In this document: one piece after another, positions 18,185-25,574 of the stretch
Layout: each line of letters opens with the position of its first letter
How positions within the stretch are numbered: position 1 is the stretch's first letter
IMG/VR virus record: IMGVR_UViG_3300040736_000016
Span: 1-37,554 of that record
Source: a virus
Taxonomy: Duplodnaviria; Caudoviricetes
Length of the DNA: 37,554 nucleotides
Reading direction: 5' to 3' (one strand)
Program-made: the position numbers and the translations under genes
The notes under the pieces: model-generated
Seen by the model: the letters and a program-made list of their open reading frames with translations, nothing else
The model's database searches: none
What the model was told of the DNA's origin: nothing

Positions 18185-18289
18185 GTGACCCCTGATTGAT
18201 CTTTTCAGGGGTCACCTTACACGCTGTTTTTGGCCTCGGTAAAAAAGGGAGACCGATGTGTGTTGTATCTGGCTTTAGATGCGATACAA
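18185..18289 (-). promoter_or_regulatory. Putative late promoter with RBS-occluding hairpin
   Basis: 11-bp inverted repeat 18185-18195/18205-18215 abutting the ATG; TAAGGT at 18214-18219; TTGTATC/GATACAA dyad at 18263-18289. Confidence 0.5.
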
Positions 18290-18329
18290 AAAAAACGAAA
18301 AAGTCAAAAAGAGATGTTGACTGATTTTT

Positions 18330-18962
18330 TTACTGGCCAGGAAAAAACATTTCTCGGGCTGCAGTAGCTCCATGTAACGCCGTGAGCGCTGCTGCCTGGC
18401 TGATTTGAATCAGCAGTTCCTTGGATGGTGACGGGTACAGATGGGACGTCAGCAGGTGGGGAAGCTGATCGAGCGAGAAGACGTAAGCGTCCGGTGAAAT
18501 CTCGATCATGCTCATTCTGCCGTCTTTGTCGAATAGTCCAAGGAATCGCTTGCACTCCATCGGCAATTGTTTGGGCGGGAGATTCTTTTCCTCCAACTGC
18601 TTCTCCATGGCCTCGAAGGCCTCGATATAGGCGAGCTTGAATTGCATGGCCTTCTTGCCGGTGAACCCCATCACCAGCAGGGTGAACCCTTTCTTGGTCA
18701 TGGTGATGACGCGTGACTCTATTGTGGTACCTGGTTTCAGCGGAGACGGCCGCTTTTGCACTGTCTCGCCAAAATTGGCGTGGCGGTACTCTTGGGAAAC
18801 TTCCAGGTTGTCGATAGCCCTGAGCACTCGATAGTGCTCTCTGCCGAAATACTCGGCGACATCGATTGATGATGCAGTGACCTGTTCATGATCGACGGTG
18901 ACCTTGGGAGTGGGTGTTAAGGTGGGGGCATTGCGCGTGACTGCGGGCGTGGTGGCTTTCAT
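18330..18962 (-). CDS. rha: Rha-family regulator / antirepressor-like protein
   Basis: SS..VAEYF.REH..VLRAI.NL and MTK.GF.LLVMGFTG.KA..FK..YI.AF..ME. Confidence 0.92.
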   Translation of the reverse strand: MKATTPAVTRNAPTLTPTPKVTVDHEQVTASSIDVAEYFGREHYRVLRAIDNLEVSQEYRHANFGETVQKRPSPLKPGTTIESRVITMTKKGFTLLVMGFTGKKAMQFKLAYIEAFEAMEKQLEEKNLPPKQLPMECKRFLGLFDKDGRMSMIEISPDAYVFSLDQLPHLLTSHLYPSPSKELLIQISQAAALTALHGATAAREMFFPGQ

Positions 18963-18971
18963 GGCATGGCT

Positions 18972-19009
18972 CCGTCTAAGGAAGGTTGACCACCCCGGCG
19001 CTGTCAAAC
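18972..19009 (-). promoter_or_regulatory. Downstream C4 target site (a2/b2-like) overlapping the rha RBS
   Basis: TTTGACAG (19001-19008) and TAGACGG (18972-18978) complementary to the RNA loops; TAGACGGAG contains the SD. Confidence 0.8.
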
Positions 19010-19016
19010 GCAAAAA

Positions 19017-19089
19017 GGGCGGCTATGTGCAGGTTGACAGACCGGTAGACGGAACCGGCGGGCACAAGGCCCCCCACACAACGCCGCCC
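19017..19089 (-). ncRNA. C4-like antisense RNA
   Basis: Closing stem GGGCGGC/GCCGCCC, inner hairpins, exposed CCGTCTA (19046-19052) and CTGTCAA (19034-19040) complementary to two flanking target pairs. Confidence 0.8.
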
Positions 19090-19117
19090 AAAGAGAGCTT
19101 CGCCATGCTGTGGACGC

Positions 19118-19179
19118 AAAAAAACCGCCGAACAAAGATATGATGGCGGTGCGTCCGCCGTCTATTCGGGCTGTCAAAC
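19118..19179 (-). promoter_or_regulatory. Upstream C4 target (a1/b1-like) with attenuator
   Basis: TTTGACAG (19171-19178), TAGACGG (19158-19164), then ACCGCC/GGCGGT stem with a T run (19118-19124). Confidence 0.75.
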
Positions 19180-19208
19180 CCGGCCCCGGATATTTCCGGG
19201 ACGCTTTC

Positions 19209-19237
19209 AATCTGCCCGAAACCGGAGCGGATTGCAA
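19209..19237 (-). promoter_or_regulatory. Possible sigma70 promoter for the c4-rha unit
   Basis: TTGCAA-N17-CAGATT. Confidence 0.4.
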
Positions 19238-19248
19238 GGGGTTTGTGG

Positions 19249-19277
19249 TTGACGCTCATTAACATATTTGTTAATAT
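19249..19277 (+). promoter_or_regulatory. TA promoter with overlapping palindromic operator
   Basis: TTGACG-N17-TAATAT; ATTAACA-N4-TGTTAAT at 19258-19275. Confidence 0.75.
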
Positions 19278-19283
19278 GTACCC

Positions 19284-19616
19284 ATGCAATTCGAGATCGA
19301 ATACTTCAGCGCGGACGTGATGGCGCAAATTGCGGCACTGCCGAAAGGGCTGATCGCCAAATATATCGGCCTTTCCAAGCGAATGGAAGCCCATGGCCCT
19401 GATCTCGGTATGCCGCACACCAGAGCCATGGGCGGCGGGCTTCTGGAGATGCGGCTGAAGGGGCCGGAAGGCATCGCAAGAATCTTTTATTGCACCCTGG
19501 TTGGCCGTAGAATTGTCATTCTCCACGGATTTATCAAGAAAACGGACAAGACCCCGGCTAAAGAATTATCCATCGCACAAAAACGAATGCAGGAGGTGCG
19601 CAATGCTCAGCCATAA
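19284..19616 (+). CDS. higB: HigB/RelE-superfamily toxin (Gp49-like)
   Basis: LGMPHT.....GL.E.R......IAR.FY......I..LHGF.KKT.KTP..E...A..R. Confidence 0.92.
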   Translation: MQFEIEYFSADVMAQIAALPKGLIAKYIGLSKRMEAHGPDLGMPHTRAMGGGLLEMRLKGPEGIARIFYCTLVGRRIVILHGFIKKTDKTPAKELSIAQKRMQEVRNAQP

Positions 19617-19893
19617 AGAATTTGTGGAGCAACAGCTTTCTGACCCGGAGGTTCGCGCCGAATATGATCGGCTTGCCCCTGAATTTGCCCTGCTTGACGA
19701 ACTGCTCAAGGCCCGCGAGGCTTCCGGGCTGTCGCAGGCTGAAATCGCCCGCCGCATGGGAACCAAGCCGCCGGCATTGTCCCGCATGCTTTCCGGGCTC
19801 GGTAGCGCCAGCCACTCACCGTCCGTCGCCACGCTGCGCCGATACGCCGAGGCGTGCGGGATGAAACTGCACATCAGCATGACTCCGCCATGA
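19603..19893 (+). CDS. higA: HigA-type XRE HTH antitoxin
   Basis: L.DPE.RAEY, AR...GLSQ.E.A.RMGT....SR, PS..TL.RYA.A.G; AGGAGG before ATG 19603. Confidence 0.9.
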   Translation: MLSHKEFVEQQLSDPEVRAEYDRLAPEFALLDELLKAREASGLSQAEIARRMGTKPPALSRMLSGLGSASHSPSVATLRRYAEACGMKLHISMTPP

Positions 19894-19967
19894 CCCTGAA
19901 AACCACCAGGTTCGACACCATCGTCAAGGTGACAAAGGCGCTTGGCTGTAAACTTGCCGTTGTCTGA
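19890..19967 (+). pseudogene. Collapsed relic of an addiction-module antidote (HI1420-like)
   Basis: 25-aa ORF MTLKTTRFDTIVKVTKALGCKLAVV, ATGA-coupled to higA. Confidence 0.5.
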
Positions 19968-20004
19968 GTTGGGGGCATTGTGCCAAACGCCCTGCGCGAC
20001 AGGC

Positions 20005-20220
20005 TCAAAGAGCATCGCCCCTAATTGATTCGTTTCTTTGCTTCAAAACCCACGCCTCAAGGTCGGACGGCAAGGCCAGCCAGTTGCCCTTCCCGTCGAT
20101 CTTGAAGGCAGGAAGCTGTTTATTTTCAACGTAATAGGTGATTTCTTTCCAATTTATCCCGACAGCGGCGCAAATCTCACGGGCACCATTGTAGACGAAG
20201 CACGGTTTCACCACTTCCAT
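20005..20220 (-). CDS. Small MerR/Xis-like HTH DNA-binding protein
   Basis: G..EI...VG......LPA.KI.G..W.A....L..W pattern. Confidence 0.75.
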   Translation of the reverse strand: MEVVKPCFVYNGAREICAAVGINWKEITYYVENKQLPAFKIDGKGNWLALPSDLEAWVLKQRNESIRGDAL

Positions 20221-22277
20221 CGATTGACAAAGCCTCCTCCGGCTCTTTTTTTCGCCTTCTTTTTCGGGGAATTCCGAACCACAGCCGCCCGTTCAGCCAT
20301 CATTTCCGTTGTCACCGGCCCCACGTCCGAGGGGCCATCTTCAACCTTCCCCGTCACGACCTCGGTGACCATCATGGGACCGTCAACCAGCACCGAGGCT
20401 CGCACCGATACCGCCATCCGCTCCAACATCAGCTTGCGCTTGCCCAGGTTGATGGCGCGGAACTCAAATGCGCCGAGCGCATAGGCCCGGCAGTCGAGCG
20501 GCTCGTTCGGTCCCTTTTTGACCCACTCGTAACCGAGCAGCGCCCCACGCTTGTTCCGCTTTTCAACCTTCTGCTCGTTGGTAAGTTTCTCGAAATAATC
20601 GTCCTGATAATGATCAGGGAAATGACAGTAGCCTGGTCCTGGCTCCTGGATCCGCAGCCGGTTAAAGATGACCGTCTTGGCATCATCTACATTCACGGTG
20701 CGCAGGATTGCCCGCACGCCTTTCTTCTGGTCGCCCTGCCAGGTGCCCTTGTTACAGAGCGTGCCGGTGTTCACGCCTTTGGTGGCGTAGATGTTGCGCC
20801 GCCGCCGCTTGGCCGTGTACCGATAGACATGGTGCGCCATAAAGCCGGAGTCAATGAAAGCGGCATCAATGCGCATTGTGACGCCGTCTTCCCGCACAAA
20901 GCGACGTTCGAGCACGGCATCGAGGGCTTCCCATGTTTCCGCCCACTCTGCATTCCCGGGGATTACCTCGTACCCGAGTGACCAGGTCTCACCCTCAAGG
21001 CCGTGCCCCACAATCTCGCATTCCAACCGGGCATTGAGCCCGCCTTGCACATCAACACCTGCAGTGATCACCAGAACACCCATAGGGATGGTTCCTCCAG
21101 CCAGATAATCCTCTCCACGGTCAGCAAGGCCAGCGGCCTCGATTGTTTCGCCGCGTTCTTCCCACGTCTCGCCAAGCAAGGTATTGATGACCGCCTTCAG
21201 TGCGGTTACTTTTCCGGTCTTCGCCTCTTTATTGGCCTGAATCCACCGATCAGCCAGCCATGACCATGGGCGGAGATAGGAATACGCCGCCCAGATCTTC
21301 CAGCCGATGCGCCTTGGTTTGTCGATGGGCTGGTCATCAGCGTTGAAAAAACGGTCCGTGGCGTCATCGTACCAGTTGCCGTCTATGGTTTGCCAACGGC
21401 CCGACGCGTCCATCTCCGGATAATCACGGTAGAGCAGGGTGCATCCATTTGTCGGGCAAACAAAATACGCAGTTCCTGGTCTATCTTCGTCCCATTTGAG
21501 GTTTTTAAACTCCAACCTGTGCAGCGCCCCACAGTGCTTGCACCGGATGTACCGGTGAAACACCATGTCAGAGGCCTCGACCGCCGCCTCAATCTGGCAT
21601 AGGCCCTTAATCTTCGGGGTACTGCCCCTGATCGATTTGGGGAACGGGGCCTGGTCAAGTCGTCCGTCGCCAAGCTCCAAGGCTGACCCCTCGCCATCGA
21701 TATCCGGGTCAAAGGCGGCCAATTCGTCGTAACTGGCGACATCCTTACTCATGCGCCGGAAATTCTTTGCTGATTTCCCGCCTTTTATGTCCCAGGTTGC
21801 GCCGATAAACACCTTTTTATCGATGGTGTTGAACTTGCTCTTGGCCTCCGGATCGCTCCGCAGCGCCGCCCCAAGCGCCGGCACATCTCGCAGGGCTGTT
21901 TCCACCTCGTCACGCACGAAGTCGGCCGCGTCGCCATCTGTCGGTTGCCACGTGGCCACGTTGCGCCGTTTTTGGTGTATCAGGCACCCGATGGCGGCAA
22001 GAAGCATCTTGGTGTACCCTACCCTGCGGCTCTTCATCCCGTTGACCTCCTCGATGTCATCAGAGGTCATCCAGTTGAGCGGGCCGATCTGGTACGGGTA
22101 GCACTTCCAGCGGCCTTCGGTGCCGCTCGATTCTGGCGATAGGTAAAAGTACCGATCCGCCCACTCTGACCCGCGTAAAGGTATTTCAACACGGAAAATG
22201 GAAACGCCCAGGGTCACGGCTTGCGTGATCGCCGGGGCGTATCGTGCTCGGTCAATTTCAGGAGGGCAAATGGACAA
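20208..22277 (-). CDS. terL: Terminase large subunit, gpA family
   Basis: WAD, KS.RVGYTK Walker A, DE, STP, CxxC, GVDVQ, IDSG, NE.LDC motifs; start uncertain. Confidence 0.96.
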   Translation of the reverse strand: MSICPPEIDRARYAPAITQAVTLGVSIFRVEIPLRGSEWADRYFYLSPESSGTEGRWKCYPYQIGPLNWMTSDDIEEVNGMKSRRVGYTKMLLAAIGCLIHQKRRNVATWQPTDGDAADFVRDEVETALRDVPALGAALRSDPEAKSKFNTIDKKVFIGATWDIKGGKSAKNFRRMSKDVASYDELAAFDPDIDGEGSALELGDGRLDQAPFPKSIRGSTPKIKGLCQIEAAVEASDMVFHRYIRCKHCGALHRLEFKNLKWDEDRPGTAYFVCPTNGCTLLYRDYPEMDASGRWQTIDGNWYDDATDRFFNADDQPIDKPRRIGWKIWAAYSYLRPWSWLADRWIQANKEAKTGKVTALKAVINTLLGETWEERGETIEAAGLADRGEDYLAGGTIPMGVLVITAGVDVQGGLNARLECEIVGHGLEGETWSLGYEVIPGNAEWAETWEALDAVLERRFVREDGVTMRIDAAFIDSGFMAHHVYRYTAKRRRRNIYATKGVNTGTLCNKGTWQGDQKKGVRAILRTVNVDDAKTVIFNRLRIQEPGPGYCHFPDHYQDDYFEKLTNEQKVEKRNKRGALLGYEWVKKGPNEPLDCRAYALGAFEFRAINLGKRKLMLERMAVSVRASVLVDGPMMVTEVVTGKVEDGPSDVGPVTTEMMAERAAVVRNSPKKKAKKRAGGGFVNRWKW

Positions 22278-22279
22278 AT

Positions 22280-22735
22280 TTACCCCTCAATATCAATTTT
22301 CATGTCTGCAATCGCGTTCCTACATTCGGCCACGGCTTTTTTGACCATCGTCACCTGGTCGCCGGTAATCTCAGGCCAGTGCCGTTTCATCAGCAACGGC
22401 AAACTCTCCAGGTTGGCAACAATTATCGCCCCGGCTTTCTGCAGGGCATCAGTCAACAGGGCAACCGGTGCAACCTTCCCCTCTTCAATGTCGTTTTCCC
22501 GGCGAAGTTTCCGCAGCTTCTCTTTCTCCACCTGGGCGGTGACATCCTGGTCGCGCCTCCGCCCGCGTCCGTCCCTGATGTATCGGATATACTCCGGGAT
22601 GGCGTCCGCAGGATACCGGCCATTCGGAAGCCTGGTGATGACGCCCTCCGCCGCCAGTTGCCCAACCCTCGCCAGGGATACATCGAGCAGCTTGGCAATG
22701 GTCTTCGCTGGAAATTCCGGCTCTGCCTGTGCCAT
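22280..22735 (-). CDS. terS: Terminase small subunit (Nu1-like)
   Basis: N-terminal winged HTH plus coiled coil, directly upstream of terL. Confidence 0.85.
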   Translation of the reverse strand: MAQAEPEFPAKTIAKLLDVSLARVGQLAAEGVITRLPNGRYPADAIPEYIRYIRDGRGRRRDQDVTAQVEKEKLRKLRRENDIEEGKVAPVALLTDALQKAGAIIVANLESLPLLMKRHWPEITGDQVTMVKKAVAECRNAIADMKIDIEG

Positions 22736-22738
22736 TGG

Positions 22739-23107
22739 TTACACCTCCCGGCTCGCCTTCCGGTGGCTCTCATCCAGGATCACGGGCACAGCATTTGCCC
22801 AACTCACCTGGTGGTGGAGCCGCTTGTTGACGACTCCCATCACCCGAACAGACACACAGGAAGGGCTGAAAATTACGCTGTAGAACGATTTGACATAGGT
22901 CCCGCTGTCCAGATATATGTCGGTCATACCGCCAGCGTTGCTCTGCGTTTGCTTCTGCTGGATGGCGATATTCGGGACGGTCAGGAACAGCCCGCCACGG
23001 CTGGCAAGGTTGGTGTAGGTGTTCACATCCTCATTGATCCGGCCAACAAATTTGAATGGCCGTTCAGTACAGCAGAAAAAGGTGTTCATCGCCTTGCGCC
23101 GCAGCAT
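22739..23107 (-). CDS. C-terminal part of a split GT-A glycosyltransferase (TAGT/GREB1-like)
   Basis: RKAMN.F, F.GR.NED, Q...GG.T..Y motifs; in the -1 frame relative to the N-part. Confidence 0.65.
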   Translation of the reverse strand: MLRRKAMNTFFCCTERPFKFVGRINEDVNTYTNLASRGGLFLTVPNIAIQQKQTQSNAGGMTDIYLDSGTYVKSFYSVIFSPSCVSVRVMGVVNKRLHHQVSWANAVPVILDESHRKASREV

Positions 23108-23526
23108 CAGCCGTGAAAATAAACCGTTTTTCCCCCGACAAAATCACCGCCCTGGGCCATGGCCACCGACAAGGCCGGGATAGATTCGTAGAAATCCAAC
23201 ATGGCATCGAACATCGCATCCAGGCGCCTGATGAAATAATCCCCATACTTCCCGTTGGCATCGAACTTGTATCGAAAATCCGTGTAATCATCGTCCAACT
23301 GGATGAAGTACCGAACTCCAACCTGCCTGGCCAGATCAAACACAGCATTGCGAGCAAACACGATGGACCTTCGATCCTTGAAGTTGTCCGCCGTCTTATC
23401 CTCATTATCGATGACGATGTACACCTGGCCGGTGTAGCCGAACTTCTGCAAGCTCCGGTATGTGATGACGTTATCAGGCCGCCCATGGGTCAGGATGAAG
23501 GCCGCAAAATCCTTATGCCGCATCAT
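23107..23526 (-). CDS. N-terminal part of the split glycosyltransferase (frameshifted gene or pseudogene)
   Basis: FIL.HGR...V.T, ARN, YFIQLDDD (DxD) motifs. Confidence 0.65.
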   Translation of the reverse strand: MMRHKDFAAFILTHGRPDNVITYRSLQKFGYTGQVYIVIDNEDKTADNFKDRRSIVFARNAVFDLARQVGVRYFIQLDDDYTDFRYKFDANGKYGDYFIRRLDAMFDAMLDFYESIPALSVAMAQGGDFVGGKTVYFHG

Positions 23527-24343
23527 CTTCGGTCGCCTCCAGGAAAGTATCGGACAGGTCAGCGGTCAGCTTGACGTACCCGTTCTCGATAGCCTTCTTA
23601 AAGTCGATAATGACCAGGGCCAGGCGTTCCATAAGATCCTGCATTTCTTCCCCGGAATGGGAATAATAGTCGGCAATCAGGTGGTAATCGAACACCATCA
23701 GCCGGGCCGCTGCCCGACGGAGAAAGGTTTTTTCATCTTCCGGAAGGGTCGAGGCCTCGATGGCCCGCAACAGCTCGTTGCATTTCTCCATATCAACCAG
23801 CTCGTCGATGTCTGGCTTTTCCCCGTCCGGTTCGTAGGTCGGGGCAATGATCTTTTTGGTGTAGGCGTCCCCGTCGGCTTCACCTCCCAGGCCGAGCAGG
23901 CTGGAAAGCTCATCCTCATCGAAACCGATCAACGAAAGGTCAAAGCCGCACTCATCAAGGGCCGCCAGCTCCACCTTGAGTAAGTCCTCATCCCACCCGG
24001 CATTGAGTGCAAGCTGGTTGTCGGCCAGGATGTAAGCCCGCTTTTGTTCATCAGTCCACCCGGCTGCATTGATGACAGGGACGTATCCTTTTGGGATCTC
24101 GACGCGGTTCCCCTCTTCATCCGGCGGATAGAAAATCGACTCGCCCCGATCCTGGATCAGCTTTGCTGCCCGGACACGACCGTGCCCGGCAACAATTCCA
24201 TTCTCACCGCCCACCAATACCGGGTTGGTCCAGCCGAACTCGCGGATTGCAGCCGCGATTTGCTCGATATGGTCCTCTGTGTGGGTCCTCGCATTGTTCG
24301 CGTAGGGTATCAGGTCCGCCGTTTTCACCTCTTTGATCTGCAT
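23513..24343 (-). CDS. ParB/Srx N-terminal domain protein with an uncharacterised helical C-terminal domain
   Basis: L.PY.NNARTH...I..IA..I.EFGWT.P.L...GHGR..AA, AY.LADN.L...AGWD. Confidence 0.88.
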   Translation of the reverse strand: MQIKEVKTADLIPYANNARTHTEDHIEQIAAAIREFGWTNPVLVGGENGIVAGHGRVRAAKLIQDRGESIFYPPDEEGNRVEIPKGYVPVINAAGWTDEQKRAYILADNQLALNAGWDEDLLKVELAALDECGFDLSLIGFDEDELSSLLGLGGEADGDAYTKKIIAPTYEPDGEKPDIDELVDMEKCNELLRAIEASTLPEDEKTFLRRAAARLMVFDYHLIADYYSHSGEEMQDLMERLALVIIDFKKAIENGYVKLTADLSDTFLEATEDDAA

Positions 24344-24479
24344 CCGCTCCCCTTTTCTCTGGATTCGTTTTTATCTTTCCGGTCGTAAAGCCCCGGCAAA
24401 AGCCATACATCATGCGCGGGTCAAAGGCCGGACAGGTTTCTGCATTCGCGCAACGGTCACAACGGGTTGCTGTCTTCAC
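24204..24479 (-). CDS. Cys-rich hypothetical protein (3' part overlaps the ParB gene)
   Basis: CDRC...C...C motif in the non-overlapping part; the long overlap lowers confidence. Confidence 0.4.
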   Translation of the reverse strand: MKTATRCDRCANAETCPAFDPRMMYGFCRGFTTGKIKTNPEKRGADADQRGENGGPDTLREQCEDPHRGPYRANRGCNPRVRLDQPGIGGR

Positions 24480-24481
24480 AA

Positions 24482-24703
24482 TTACTGCCTGTCAATCAAG
24501 CAGTACCCTTGCAAAGTCCAGTCATCACCGGCTGGCTTGTTCTTCATCAGCTCGGCCCGGATTTGACTATGGTCGCAACCATCCCACACTTCAGACGGTA
24601 GATCGACACACACCCCGACTGTGTTTTTCAACTCGGTAACCTTTTTCTTGCCACTCAAAACAACCCGTTGCCACCCGGCATTTATGATCATCATTAGTTC
24701 CAC
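24482..24703 (-). CDS. Hypothetical protein
   Basis: Operon-strand ORF right after the cos region. Confidence 0.55.
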   Translation of the reverse strand: MELMMIINAGWQRVVLSGKKKVTELKNTVGVCVDLPSEVWDGCDHSQIRAELMKNKPAGDDWTLQGYCLIDRQ

Positions 24704-24726
24704 TTATTTTTTCCGCGTTAAAGTAA

Positions 24727-24805
24727 AGCGACAGTTTATTTTTCATAAACAGCGACAGCTCGAGCGTGCGAAACACCCGCGGTCTGCAGGCCCCCGGAAG
24801 GACCC
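24727..24805 (-). other. Putative cos packaging site (lambda-like cosQ-cosN-I2)
   Basis: GGGTCCT (24799-24805) followed 43 nt later by TCGCTGTTTATGAAAA (24740-24755); CTGTCGCT twice. Confidence 0.7.
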
Positions 24806-24823
24806 ATTTTTCCTGCGGGCTTT

Positions 24824-25570
24824 CTACCCCTTCCTCGCCATCTGCCGCGCCAGGTTTTCCTTGAACCTCCGGGCAAACTCGCGCCTGTAGGTTTCATGCG
24901 CTCCGCCGTAAAAGTCGAGACGGGGCCGCACCGGCTCTGCCTGGTTCTGCTTCTCGATCAGGATAGGCTTGAGCCCACGCGCCTGGATAGCCGATACAAA
25001 CCGGCCGCGCTTCCTTCCTCGCTGCAACGTGACCGCCGAACCCTTTGTCACCTTCCGCCCAAACCCGCCAGCCGTCTTGGTGCGCTGGTAGATGCCTGGC
25101 AGCAGGCCCTGCTTGTTGCCGGCCTTGATCTTGACATAATCAGGTTTCGATCCCTTAGCCCCTGCAACAATATCCTTGGCCTGCTTGACAGTGATGTTGC
25201 CGGCTGCCGTCCTCTTGGCACCGGCACCGAGGTCGTACCGCTTTCCCCCGGCTGCCAGCTCAAACCCTTTGAGGTGCCTTGCACCTCCCTTCACCTGCGG
25301 GGCCAGGTAGTGTTCCTGCATGCGTTCCGGTTGTTTCAGGCCCACGATCCCGGTCATGTTGTGCCCCTTGGTGGGCGTAGCCTTCACGCTGTTCCTAGTC
25401 CACGGGACCGGCTTATCGAACACCCGATCGATCTCGCTTTTCATGTCGTCGCGGATCTCTTTCACCACCTGGTCGATGGTTATCTCAACCGCCCGGGTGG
25501 CCTGCTTCGGGGCCGCTGCGAGCGCCCGCTTCACTTCCTCGATCCCCTTTATCTGGATGGTCGTTTGCAT
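24824..25570 (-). CDS. Basic gpZ/HK97-gp10-like tail completion protein, displaced upstream of cos
   Basis: I.I.G.EE..RAL, FD.P.P.T.NS, YL.PQ..GG.R..K.FE motifs; start moved to MQTTIQ. Confidence 0.6.
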   Translation of the reverse strand: MQTTIQIKGIEEVKRALAAAPKQATRAVEITIDQVVKEIRDDMKSEIDRVFDKPVPWTRNSVKATPTKGHNMTGIVGLKQPERMQEHYLAPQVKGGARHLKGFELAAGGKRYDLGAGAKRTAAGNITVKQAKDIVAGAKGSKPDYVKIKAGNKQGLLPGIYQRTKTAGGFGRKVTKGSAVTLQRGRKRGRFVSAIQARGLKPILIEKQNQAEPVRPRLDFYGGAHETYRREFARRFKENLARQMARKG

Positions 25571-25574
25571 GTCT

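Noticed and set aside
19023-19526. 167-aa Ash-like ORF
   Set aside because: Its 5' half is antisense to higB and its 3' half coincides with the C4 RNA elements, which explain the sequence; a shorter translated ORF cannot be excluded
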